Below the pieces are notes generated by a model that was not told the DNA's origin, made no database searches, and was given only the letters and a program-made list of their open reading frames with translations. A program made the position numbers and the translations under genes. Below are positions 1 through 8,879 of a stretch of 32,000 bases of DNA, in pieces. Positions within the stretch are counted from its first letter, which is position 1, and each line of letters starts with the position of its first letter. Source of the stretch: Candidatus Heimdallarchaeota archaeon (GTDB taxonomy: Archaea; Asgardarchaeota; Heimdallarchaeia; Heimdallarchaeales; Kariarchaeaceae); contig JASBSB010000003.1 in NCBI GenBank assembly GCA_030149205.1, positions 360,001 through 392,000 of the forward strand. The letters run 5' to 3'.

Positions 1-147
1 GTACCCTCTAGCAAAACATATATCTTACAATCTCTAATAAAGGTTATTTAACAACTTAAGAATAAGCTCAGAAAACATTTAATATAATTTCTCAACTATA
101 ATTAAATTTAACTAATATTTCGAGAGTTTAACTTAGTTAGAGAGTAA

Positions 148-804
148 ATGAATCAAAGTGAAATACACCCAGAATTTAAAGTAGAGCGTTATATACAACC
201 TACTGACTATAGTGCAATGTTAGAAAAGCAGTTATTGATTTGGGAAAGAGTTAAGAGAACTTCAGATACCTCAGTGATTATCAATACCCATAAACCAACA
301 ATCACTCTCGGTAGAAGAACCGATCCCTCTCATATACTATTAACTAAAGATGAATTGAAAAAGAAAGGAATAGATTTGGTTAAAGTTCAAAGAGGGGGAT
401 CAGTGACTTACCATGGTCCAGGTCAGCTTGTAATATATATTATAGCAAAAGTTTCAAGATATGGAGGGACAAGAAAATTTGTAGAAAAGAGTATCGGATT
501 AATGCAGAAAATAGCATCAAACTATTCTGTGGATACAGTAGTAAACACTGAGATGCCTGGATTATGGACGACAGATGAGAATCCAAGAAAATTGGGTGCA
601 ATTGGGTTTCAAATAAAAGGGGGGGTCTCATTACATGGCATTGCTTTAAACATTGATAACTCTTTGATACCTTTCCAATATATTGTTCCATGTGGATTGA
701 CTCTTCCAGTCACATCATTACAGATAGAATCTCCTGTTAACCCTAGTTATGAGATAGTGGCAAATTGGGTATATGAGAATTTTTCTTCAATCTTTTCCCA
801 TTAG
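148..804 (+). CDS. lipB: Lipoyl(octanoyl) transferase LipB
   Basis: Motifs HKPTITLGRR, RGGSVTYHGPGQL, RKLGAIG, SLHGIALN and IVPCGL (catalytic Lys and Cys) match LipB; 218 aa. Confidence 0.92.
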   Translation: MNQSEIHPEFKVERYIQPTDYSAMLEKQLLIWERVKRTSDTSVIINTHKPTITLGRRTDPSHILLTKDELKKKGIDLVKVQRGGSVTYHGPGQLVIYIIAKVSRYGGTRKFVEKSIGLMQKIASNYSVDTVVNTEMPGLWTTDENPRKLGAIGFQIKGGVSLHGIALNIDNSLIPFQYIVPCGLTLPVTSLQIESPVNPSYEIVANWVYENFSSIFSH

Positions 805-1689
805 GTGCATTATAGATTTTTCATCCATAATTTGATCTTGAAAACTCTCTGAGGAATTTAATAAGTAAAATTCTACTATATCAAAAATTAAATCTGGTCT
901 TTCGGATACAATAGTATGTCTTGTGTCTTTCAAAATTATTAAACCAGAATTGGGGAGATGTTCAAATAATTCGATTGAATCTTCAATGGGAATAACTTTA
1001 TCTTGATCCGCAGAAATTATTAAAACAGGAGTTGAAATTGATTTTGGATCTACAGAAAAGGTTGATAGTGTCTCCTCAACTATTTTTCTTTGTATTTCAA
1101 TGGGGCTTGAGTTTATTGTATCTACAAATCTTTGAATAAGTCTAGAGAGATTATAATCAAAAATAAAACGACTTGAATGGTTTAACAAGTTAAGAACACC
1201 TCTTAGTAAGGTATCATTTGATATCTTAGACATGCCTTTAAACCAAAGCGGTAGATTAAATCTAGAAGTTGGTGAGACTAATACAGCACAGTCCACATGG
1301 TTTTTATAAATTTCAAGAAATTTCAACCCAATTGCAGATGAAAGTGAGCTAGTTACCAAGATTATTTTGTATGCTGACCCAAAATAATTTAAAAATATTT
1401 GATGAATATCGTTTGCAAAGTTGCTACTATTCCAATTTGTGTCTAACGGTGCGTCGGAACTTCCATGACCTCTTAAATTGATTGCAAATACATTATAAGC
1501 ATCAGAAAACCTCTTAAATGCATCAACATACTCTTCAGTTGATCCCAGCCACCCATGTAAAAAAACGATGTTTTCTTTCTTTAGGTCTATCTCAGTTCTC
1601 GAAAGGTTCAGTAAAAAATAATTTCCAGTATCATACTCCTGTAAATCATTTGAGGACTTGAGAATTGGAACTAAACTATTTATCAGCAA
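787..1689 (-). CDS. Alpha/beta-hydrolase fold protein with atypical nucleophile elbow
   Basis: VFLHGW, NLRGHGSS, ADQDKVIP (Asp) and TRH (His) motifs; elbow reads TSSLS instead of GxSxG. TTG start 6 nt after a GGTGA SD. Confidence 0.85.
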   Translation of the reverse strand: MLINSLVPILKSSNDLQEYDTGNYFLLNLSRTEIDLKKENIVFLHGWLGSTEEYVDAFKRFSDAYNVFAINLRGHGSSDAPLDTNWNSSNFANDIHQIFLNYFGSAYKIILVTSSLSSAIGLKFLEIYKNHVDCAVLVSPTSRFNLPLWFKGMSKISNDTLLRGVLNLLNHSSRFIFDYNLSRLIQRFVDTINSSPIEIQRKIVEETLSTFSVDPKSISTPVLIISADQDKVIPIEDSIELFEHLPNSGLIILKDTRHTIVSERPDLIFDIVEFYLLNSSESFQDQIMDEKSIMHLMGKD

Positions 1690-1889
1690 TTTTTGTCACC
1701 AGATTCCATTGATCTTTAACCATATTATTCTATGGTGAAAGAATAATGTAATATAATATTAGTAAATCTCATTAATAAACCATTTCTTTTGAAAAGAGTG
1801 TTGAGAATAGATAGGTCTCAAAGTAATACTGTGAGGAAGATACGCTTAGGCTTAAATCCTCTTATTTCCGCTGTATCTAACCAAATAAC

Positions 1890-1897
1890 TTTAAATA
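1890..1897 (+). promoter_or_regulatory. Candidate TATA box for the CBS/Nudix pair
   Basis: TTTAAATA about 40 bp upstream of ATG 1936; a GAGG SD precedes the ATG. Confidence 0.4.
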
Positions 1898-1935
1898 TAG
1901 TTCATAGAGAAAGTTCGTAGGAAAGAGGAAATTTA

Positions 1936-2736
1936 ATGGTAGATGTATTTGCAATAGCGACACAAAGGCCAGTTACCTGTAAACCAACTGAGACCCTTGG
2001 GCACGCTGTTAATTTGATGGTAGAAAGGAAATTTCGAAGAATCCCAATCACTATGGAAGAGCAACTTATCGGAATCATTACAGCTTCCGATGTATTAAAA
2101 TTACTTGATCAAGAGGGGATTAAAACCTTTAATAAAAAATTAGGTGATGTAATGACCTCTAACCCCTTTTTCGTTTCTCAAGACACAGAGTTGGGAGAAG
2201 CAACAAGAATAATGGCAGAAAGAGGGTTTGGAGGGTTACCTATAGTCTCTGATGAGTTTGGAACCTTATCTGGTATCATAACCGAAAGAGACCTAGTAAA
2301 AGAATTTGCGGAATCCTTAGTTGACGCATCCCTTCACGAATTTATTGCAGAACCTATAACTCTACCTTACTCAACAGTTAAAATAGGAAATGTTGTAGAA
2401 ACACTCTACAAGAAAAACACAAGTAGAATCATTCTAACAAATAAAAAAAGCCAAATAAAAGGTATTATAAGTTCTACAGATATTCTTAGGCTCTATTCCG
2501 ATAAATTTCTAAGAGGGGTTGAAGACGATAAATCTATAAGATCAATTAAAGCAAGTGAAATCGCTTCAACTAAAGTGATCTCTGTTAACGAAAATAGCTC
2601 TGTGAAGGAAATCGCAGATTTATTAATGAAACATAATCTTGGTGGTGTCCCTGTAGTCTCAGATACTGGAGAACTAATGGGGATGTTCACAGAAAGAGAT
2701 ATATTGAGAATAGTTGGAACTTATATGCTGTTCTAA
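1936..2736 (+). CDS. CBS-domain protein (four CBS repeats)
   Basis: Repeated CBS signatures (RRIPI...LIGIITASDV; GGLPIV...GIITERDL; GIISSTDI; GGVPVV...GMFTERDI). Confidence 0.92.
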   Translation: MVDVFAIATQRPVTCKPTETLGHAVNLMVERKFRRIPITMEEQLIGIITASDVLKLLDQEGIKTFNKKLGDVMTSNPFFVSQDTELGEATRIMAERGFGGLPIVSDEFGTLSGIITERDLVKEFAESLVDASLHEFIAEPITLPYSTVKIGNVVETLYKKNTSRIILTNKKSQIKGIISSTDILRLYSDKFLRGVEDDKSIRSIKASEIASTKVISVNENSSVKEIADLLMKHNLGGVPVVSDTGELMGMFTERDILRIVGTYMLF

Positions 2737-2739
2737 GTA

Positions 2740-3471
2740 ATGAAAACAAAGGTAAAATTAACTGAGCATCTTAAATTATCTGAACTCTATACACTCTTCC
2801 AAAATGTCCTTAGTGAACGTGACCAAAGATTGGTAAACGCTACCACCATTACTAACCATATCAGGGAGAGTTCTGTGTTATTTCTATTAATAACTTCAAG
2901 GGATCACTTTGATGATAGCTCTCAACAAGTTCAGTATTGGTTAGATAATATGTATACCATCCTGACCAAAAGATCTCTTGAAATGAAACATAACCCAGGA
3001 GATATGGCATTTCCTGGCGGGTCAAGAGAAGATCATGATAAATCAATTTATGAGACAGCTCAAAGGGAGACTATGGAAGAGGTAGGAATAGAGTCAGAGA
3101 AATACTCATTACTTGGATACTTAGATGAATTTAATTCATTGAACAAATATATTGTAAAGGTTTGCTTGGCAAAAATGATGGTTGACGTCCCTAAAGATAA
3201 TTTGAGAGATTTTTTGGAAAAAAATTATCAACCAAAATCAAATGAAAATATTTTTACATTAGCTTTACCAATAAGTTATTTTCTAAACCCTGAACACTAC
3301 TCAAATAGCCAATATAAGCTCGAAGGAGGAAGAATTGGTTATATTCGATATTTTGACCTATCTGAATATAAATCCGGGGAAACTGTATGGGGGTTAACCG
3401 CTTCAATGATTCGTAGGTTTATTGATACCTTCATTGAAGATCATCAGTTACCTATAGAACCAAATTCTTAA
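2740..3471 (+). CDS. Nudix hydrolase, CoA pyrophosphatase (NudL/PCD1-like)
   Basis: Nudix box GGSREDHDKSIYETAQRETMEEVGI preceded by LTKRS..MKHNPGDMAFPG; C-terminal VWGLTA. Confidence 0.88.
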   Translation: MKTKVKLTEHLKLSELYTLFQNVLSERDQRLVNATTITNHIRESSVLFLLITSRDHFDDSSQQVQYWLDNMYTILTKRSLEMKHNPGDMAFPGGSREDHDKSIYETAQRETMEEVGIESEKYSLLGYLDEFNSLNKYIVKVCLAKMMVDVPKDNLRDFLEKNYQPKSNENIFTLALPISYFLNPEHYSNSQYKLEGGRIGYIRYFDLSEYKSGETVWGLTASMIRRFIDTFIEDHQLPIEPNS

Positions 3472-4388
3472 GGTAACCAGTCATAAATCAGTTTTTCACC
3501 TGTTGACTTATACTCTTTAATAACATCTCTTATTTTTATTAAAATCAAATTTTGTTGCTCTGGAGTAAGAAGTTCATTCAATAGCTTTGTACCATCAACT
3601 ATTGATGCAACACCAGCACTTGATAAATTATACAGATCCTTTGTATCAAAGCTTTTAAGAGGATTGACAATCATTAACCGATTATAATTTTCGTCATGAG
3701 CAGACAAAATTTGGAAGCCTTCACGAACGTTGAAACTCTCTGGGGCTTTAATTAATTTTGTAAACGCATCAATTGCAGCTTTGTTTGGATGGAATACGTT
3801 TCGTGAGATAATTCCACGAATTAACGCTTGAATTGTATAGGCCTCTTCTATCAGTGAGAAGGGGATGATTGTAATTAATTCGTTGATTGTACTTCCATGA
3901 AGCTCCCCCCGAGTTATGGGAGGTGCATTTAAGAGCCGTTCAAGGTGATCCAGTGGTAAGAGAATAAGATTTATACTTCTTTGATTTGTGATATATTTTC
4001 CTGGATCCAAGCTGAATTCAGTGAAAAGAACCCCTGGTCCAGATATCAAGGCGAACTCTTTTCCTAGCTTATCAGAGACAATTTCTATATCATTATTCAA
4101 CATAACAATAGTATCTCTTGAAATATCAATAACTGGCCGATTTAAGTAAAATCCCATTGTCTGCTTCTCTAAGATTTTAGACCATGATGGGATGATTAAC
4201 AATGAGTTCAAATTCTTTTTTTCTATTTCTGCAAGCCTGACCTTTTTCAAATCAGAAGTAATATTCTTTATCTCCATATGGATCTGTTCAAGTAACTTTT
4301 CCTTATCTTGTACAAATTGTCTTTTGGGGAATTCATGGTCACTCATAAACATAAGTAGATCTCTTATTTTGAATTCTCCCAACTCCAT
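3468..4388 (-). CDS. Hypothetical protein (open frame extends upstream to 4496)
   Basis: 306-aa ORF with no recognised motif; 36 further in-frame sense codons upstream of the ATG. Confidence 0.75.
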   Translation of the reverse strand: MELGEFKIRDLLMFMSDHEFPKRQFVQDKEKLLEQIHMEIKNITSDLKKVRLAEIEKKNLNSLLIIPSWSKILEKQTMGFYLNRPVIDISRDTIVMLNNDIEIVSDKLGKEFALISGPGVLFTEFSLDPGKYITNQRSINLILLPLDHLERLLNAPPITRGELHGSTINELITIIPFSLIEEAYTIQALIRGIISRNVFHPNKAAIDAFTKLIKAPESFNVREGFQILSAHDENYNRLMIVNPLKSFDTKDLYNLSSAGVASIVDGTKLLNELLTPEQQNLILIKIRDVIKEYKSTGEKLIYDWLP

Positions 4389-4615
4389 TTCATCAAATCT
4401 TTCTGTAGAGTTGTAATAAACAAGTAATAACTCAAGAAGCTTCTTAGTTTTCTCGGCTTCTTGATATTCTTTTGATTGTTCGACATCTAAGGGAATTTAT
4501 TGCACCAACCTGTTTATTTACCAATTTAAAATTAGTTTTTTTTAATAAAAGCATTCCTTTAGAGTGGACTTAAATTGATAATCTTACAGTCTTTAGATGC
4601 AGAATTCATTCACCG

Positions 4616-5740
4616 GTGATAAAATTTAAGTCAGCCGAAATAGAACAAAGAAATGTGACAACTAATCTATTCATTCAGGCAGTATTATTATTTCCCTTCC
4701 TGTTAATGATAGTTAGTTTGGGATTAGCGTACCTCACTTATTACAAGATGCAATCTAAATTAAAATACCTTATATTAATTAGCAACTTGTTTTTTCTAAT
4801 TTGGGTTTTAATGCAATATTTACACTCAAATTTTTCTTATAACATGAATGTACAGTTGTTTCTGTTAAGGTCTCGTCTAATTTTCTTAGCATTTGCACTT
4901 TTTTTTATAACCATCTTTTATACTACAATTAATTCTGAAGATTCAATATCAAATCTCAACTTGCTCAGTAGTTTAATTCTGGGGATAAATGTGGGAGGAG
5001 CCTTAACAAATATTATTTATAGGGTTGACAATGGGACTCTGACTACCATTTTCTATTATGACCTTACATTGCTTCCCCAGGCAATTATATTTTTCATTTC
5101 TTTAAATCAATACTTAAGTTCCAGATACCAATTAGCGAAGGAGTTGAAATTTTCAAGTAAAATAACCCCAAAACTTCTGTTTCAACTAAAAATTGGGACA
5201 ATACTTTTTCTTCTATTAAGCCTGCTACTAATCCCCTTTGGTAGAGAATTCTTTATAACCCCATTTTATCTTTTAATTCCAAGTGTACTCGTTGTCTTAT
5301 CATATCTAACCTATATCGATCCATTAACAGCCACTCCAATTAAAAACCCATTAAACTTCATTGCACTATTTAATAGTAGAGAATTGATCTTATACCACGT
5401 CTTTAGCCAAGACCATGATATTGCAAAATTTGATTTTGGGGCTGTGATTATGGATATAACAAAGTTAATGCGAGAGATGGTGGCTACAGACAGTAATTTG
5501 ACTCACATTGCCACAATGAAAGAAGACATCTTTTTTGAATATTCTGGGTCAAAAACCCTGATATTGATCTGTCAAAAAAATTCACCCATACTTCACGAAA
5601 TTTTCCATAATTTTGCTGATGATGTTTTCTTATCTGACACAGAAACATATCCATTGTTTCTCCAAAAAATGAGCTATTATTTTAAATTCCCTTTAATCCC
5701 TACACCTCAAAATTTTTTTGGGTTAACTGAAACTGTTTAA
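4616..5740 (+). CDS. 7-TM membrane protein with C-terminal longin-like domain
   Basis: Seven hydrophobic segments in aa 18-234, then about 110 soluble aa with a beta-beta-alpha-beta-beta-beta-alpha-alpha pattern judged by eye. Confidence 0.6.
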   Translation: MIKFKSAEIEQRNVTTNLFIQAVLLFPFLLMIVSLGLAYLTYYKMQSKLKYLILISNLFFLIWVLMQYLHSNFSYNMNVQLFLLRSRLIFLAFALFFITIFYTTINSEDSISNLNLLSSLILGINVGGALTNIIYRVDNGTLTTIFYYDLTLLPQAIIFFISLNQYLSSRYQLAKELKFSSKITPKLLFQLKIGTILFLLLSLLLIPFGREFFITPFYLLIPSVLVVLSYLTYIDPLTATPIKNPLNFIALFNSRELILYHVFSQDHDIAKFDFGAVIMDITKLMREMVATDSNLTHIATMKEDIFFEYSGSKTLILICQKNSPILHEIFHNFADDVFLSDTETYPLFLQKMSYYFKFPLIPTPQNFFGLTETV

Positions 5741-7113
5741 AAATCATAACCAATGATTTTGTTCCTTTCCTTCACCCAATCCATCAAGTCTGTTGTGGAA
5801 CCTGGATAAGAACTATATTGTGTACGCAGTTTATTTGCAGTCTGAATTGCAGACCGGATTGGAAGTATGAGGTCATACCTTGGGAAAAGCTTGATTCCCT
5901 TAGATAGTAGGTCTAAAAGACCGAAATTTAGAGGATCTCCTCTAATCAATGTGTCTAGATCCTCATTAGTAAGAACTTCCCTCTTAAAGAGAAATTCAAC
6001 ACCAGATGCATGCACATCTTCTAAAAATTTTCTAAGAATGTATGCGGTTGCATGTTTTTCTCCAATTCCTTTATGGATTAGTTCATTATATCTCCAGAGC
6101 TTATCAGAGGTTCGACCTCCCTCCTTTAAAGCGTTAGATAAAGTTCTTCCTGCATACAATCCACCGTAAAGTGCTGGTCCATGACCCTCAGCTGAAGAGG
6201 GGTGAACAAGGCATGCTGCATCACCGACAAGTAAACCTCCATTAAAAACCAAGTTGTTGAAGGGAAGTCGAATAGGTATCTGCCCTCCTCCTGATTTGAG
6301 TACTTCATATGAACCTGGAGACACATATTTTGAAAGTGTTTCTTTATAAGCCTCTTTAAGCGAAGGCATATTTTGTTCTGATTTAAGCCACCCAATTCCG
6401 ACATTTAACTCTCCTTGACCTTTTGAGAAAATCCAAAAATACCCAGGAATTGGAATCTCATCATCATAAATTAGAACTATTTCGTTATGAAAATCATGAT
6501 CCTCTCCATCGTTCAATTTTATAATTTCTCGGTAAGTTGGCCAGATCATATCGTTCTCCAATTTGTACCATTCTTTTTGCCCAAAAAGGAAGTCGGTGGG
6601 AAGCAATTTTTTTATAGTTGCATATGCCCCAGATGCATCTACAACAAATTTTGCTCTAAACATTACTTCCTGACCCTTTACAAAAGCCGTTACTCCTGAA
6701 ACTGTGGACTCTTCAATAATCAATTTTCTTACTGGATGTTGCGGAAAAATTTGCACCCCCAATTCTTCACATTCATCCAATAATCTTTGACCATAAATTA
6801 ATCTATCTACCACATATCCAGGTGCAGTAAGGGTTGCCTTAGTTTCCAGACCCTGAGACGCAATACTCATTTTTTTAATAATATCTGAAACTTCGTCTCC
6901 TTCAGGTTCATTTATCCCTAGCTCTCTTTTAATTTCAAGTACTGAAGCTTTATCAAGAGCATCTCCACAAGTTTTATCACCGATTTGATTTCTTTTTTTC
7001 TTGTCTAAAATTGCAACCTTATACCCGGATTTAGCCACCGTATACGCAGTAATAGCTCCTGCTGGACCGCCTCCAACAACAATAACATCAAAATCAAAGT
7101 GATCTGCATTCAT
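5737..7113 (-). CDS. Geranylgeranyl reductase family flavoprotein (paralog B)
   Basis: VVGGGPAG FAD motif, GDKTCGDAL, DRLIYGQRL, VVDASG, PGYFWIF, LLVGDAA. Confidence 0.9.
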   Translation of the reverse strand: MNADHFDFDVIVVGGGPAGAITAYTVAKSGYKVAILDKKKRNQIGDKTCGDALDKASVLEIKRELGINEPEGDEVSDIIKKMSIASQGLETKATLTAPGYVVDRLIYGQRLLDECEELGVQIFPQHPVRKLIIEESTVSGVTAFVKGQEVMFRAKFVVDASGAYATIKKLLPTDFLFGQKEWYKLENDMIWPTYREIIKLNDGEDHDFHNEIVLIYDDEIPIPGYFWIFSKGQGELNVGIGWLKSEQNMPSLKEAYKETLSKYVSPGSYEVLKSGGGQIPIRLPFNNLVFNGGLLVGDAACLVHPSSAEGHGPALYGGLYAGRTLSNALKEGGRTSDKLWRYNELIHKGIGEKHATAYILRKFLEDVHASGVEFLFKREVLTNEDLDTLIRGDPLNFGLLDLLSKGIKLFPRYDLILPIRSAIQTANKLRTQYSSYPGSTTDLMDWVKERNKIIGYDF

Positions 7114-7225
7114 TCTCTTATCTTCACTCGTAGACTGATGCTTAAAACTATTCCTTCAGTTTCAAATCTCAGTTTCTAATTTCATTTTCTTCTTATTTAG
7201 TTCTCACTTCATTCAAAACTTAGGG

Positions 7226-7948
7226 TTATTTAACAAATCTTGATAACAAAATTGCAGAAATTGCTGTGGCTGTGATTAGAATTATTACCCTATTTCCAGT
7301 TATCTGTTTACTCACCTTTTCGATTAATTCCTGGGCTTTGTCAAGCTTAGTATCCAATACATCAACCTTTTGATCAATGTTGGTTAAGACAACTCCCTGT
7401 TCCTCAAGTTGTCCAGCCATATTATCTAAGGAGCTCTTGATTAAACTTATAGATGCTGACATATCACTGATAGAGTTGGCAAAATTTTCCTCCATCCGTT
7501 TCAACCTCTCTTCAAACGTGGAGATGGCCTTTTCATCACTTAATCCGGGTTGTTCCTGCTTCAGAAGGTCGATATAAGCCTCTTCCATTGAAAGCAAATC
7601 TACATTATTCCCAGATGTTGCAAGTTCAATTTTAGATAATGAATCTTCTAATTTTGTCAAAGCAAACTTGTTAGACTCTATTTTCTTCCGTTGTCTTTCT
7701 TGATTTTGGACATCTGGAGCTTGTAGAAACTTGGGTAACTTGGATTGAACTTTTTCAAGGATTGACCTATCTTGCTCTAACTTCTCGTCATATTTGTCGT
7801 CAAATTCATCGAACATGTCCTTCATTCCTGAGACAAGGTCTTTTAACTCTGACACAGCCTCTTTTAGCAAAGCATCATTTGGCTCGTTTTTACCGAATTT
7901 CGTGGAAAGCTTTTCAAGCAGACTTTTCTTTTTAGTTTTTGAAGACAC
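7226..7948 (-). CDS. Tail-anchored Q-SNARE-like protein (helical N-terminus, SNARE motif, C-terminal TM)
   Basis: Hydrophobic layers at aa 160,163,167,170,174,177,181,[Q184],188,191,195,198,202,205,209,212; TM aa 221-235; GTG start with a TATA-like box 26 bp upstream. Confidence 0.8.
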   Translation of the reverse strand: MSSKTKKKSLLEKLSTKFGKNEPNDALLKEAVSELKDLVSGMKDMFDEFDDKYDEKLEQDRSILEKVQSKLPKFLQAPDVQNQERQRKKIESNKFALTKLEDSLSKIELATSGNNVDLLSMEEAYIDLLKQEQPGLSDEKAISTFEERLKRMEENFANSISDMSASISLIKSSLDNMAGQLEEQGVVLTNIDQKVDVLDTKLDKAQELIEKVSKQITGNRVIILITATAISAILLSRFVK

Positions 7949-7970
7949 AATTTAAATTTACTCAAAATGA

Positions 7971-7978
7971 AATATTAA
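7971..7978 (-). promoter_or_regulatory. Candidate TATA box for the SNARE-like gene (leaderless)
   Basis: Minus strand reads GGTTAATATT, with the box centred about 26 bp upstream of GTG 7948. Confidence 0.45.
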
Positions 7979-7994
7979 CCTATTCAAATCTGGA

Positions 7995-8324
7995 CTAACC
8001 CTTGACTAATTTTTCAACCTCACTGATTAATTTATCCGATTTAGCTCCAGTCCATCTTGTAAGTAGCTTACCATCTTGGAAAACCAAAAAGGTTGGAATT
8101 GACATCACCCTAAGGCTTTGAGCAGCAGATAAATTTTCATCTGTGTTGAGTTTTGCAAAGGTTATTTTATCTCCGTATTTTCCTGCGAGTTGTAGAAACA
8201 ATGGTTCAATTGCCTTGCAAGGAGAACACCATTCAGCCCAGGTGTCAATTAATACCAACTTATGATTTTTTAATTCATCTTCAAAATTTTCATCATTCAA
8301 AATTAGTAGTTTGTCACTAGCCAT
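7995..8324 (-). CDS. trxA: Thioredoxin (WCSPC)
   Basis: IDTWAEWCSPCK, FAKLNTDEN, VMSIPTFLVF; 109 aa. Confidence 0.93.
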   Translation of the reverse strand: MASDKLLILNDENFEDELKNHKLVLIDTWAEWCSPCKAIEPLFLQLAGKYGDKITFAKLNTDENLSAAQSLRVMSIPTFLVFQDGKLLTRWTGAKSDKLISEVEKLVKG

Positions 8325-8345
8325 AAATTAGTATAAGCACAATAG

Positions 8346-8353
8346 AATATAAG
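8346..8353 (-). promoter_or_regulatory. Candidate TATA box for thioredoxin 7995-8324 (leaderless)
   Basis: CTTATATT on the minus strand, about 25 bp upstream of ATG 8324. Confidence 0.4.
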
Positions 8354-8401
8354 AACTTAGTTTGAAATTTCAATCTGAGTTACATGTGGTGACAATCTTA
8401 A

Positions 8402-8764
8402 TTATTGATTTTCAACTTCATTTGGGTCTATTTTAAGTAATTTTTCAAAAACATCTACAAATGCAGGTTTAGGGTATGCTCCGACAAACCTTCCGACAGG
8501 TTTACCTTCCTTAAATGCCCAAAAAGTTGGGATACTTGTTGCGCCATATTTTGCGGCGATTTGCGGGTTTTCATCAACATTTAATTTTCCAACCCAGATC
8601 TGTCCTTTGTATTTTTCCGCAAGTTCTTCCAAGATTGGGGCAACCATTTGACATGGACGACACCATACTGCCCAGAAATCAACTAATAAGATAGGAGCAT
8701 CTTTGAGTACCTGATCAAAATTTTCGTCTGATAAAACCACTGGTTTGCTTGTCTCTTCTAACAT
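8402..8764 (-). CDS. trxA: Thioredoxin (WCRPC)
   Basis: VDFWAVWCRPCQ, KLNVDENP, TSIPTF; GAGGAG SD upstream. Confidence 0.93.
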   Translation of the reverse strand: MLEETSKPVVLSDENFDQVLKDAPILLVDFWAVWCRPCQMVAPILEELAEKYKGQIWVGKLNVDENPQIAAKYGATSIPTFWAFKEGKPVGRFVGAYPKPAFVDVFEKLLKIDPNEVENQ

Positions 8765-8879
8765 GATTTTCGACTCCTCAACGAATTATCGTTATCCTTT
8801 AATTGACAAACATTCTTTATTAATACTAGGTTTCGAATTACATACTTAACTTAATTTTGTGCGTAAGTTTTGCACAGGG

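Noticed and set aside
1785-1797. Near-palindrome TCTTTTGAAAAGA in the hydrolase/CBS intergenic region
   Set aside because: Short and AT-only arms; chance level in this composition.
7114-7225. Purine-rich sense-strand spacer as a possible N-terminal extension of GGR-B or a small ORF
   Set aside because: An in-frame TGA at 7156-7158 and no usable start; other frames close within a few codons.
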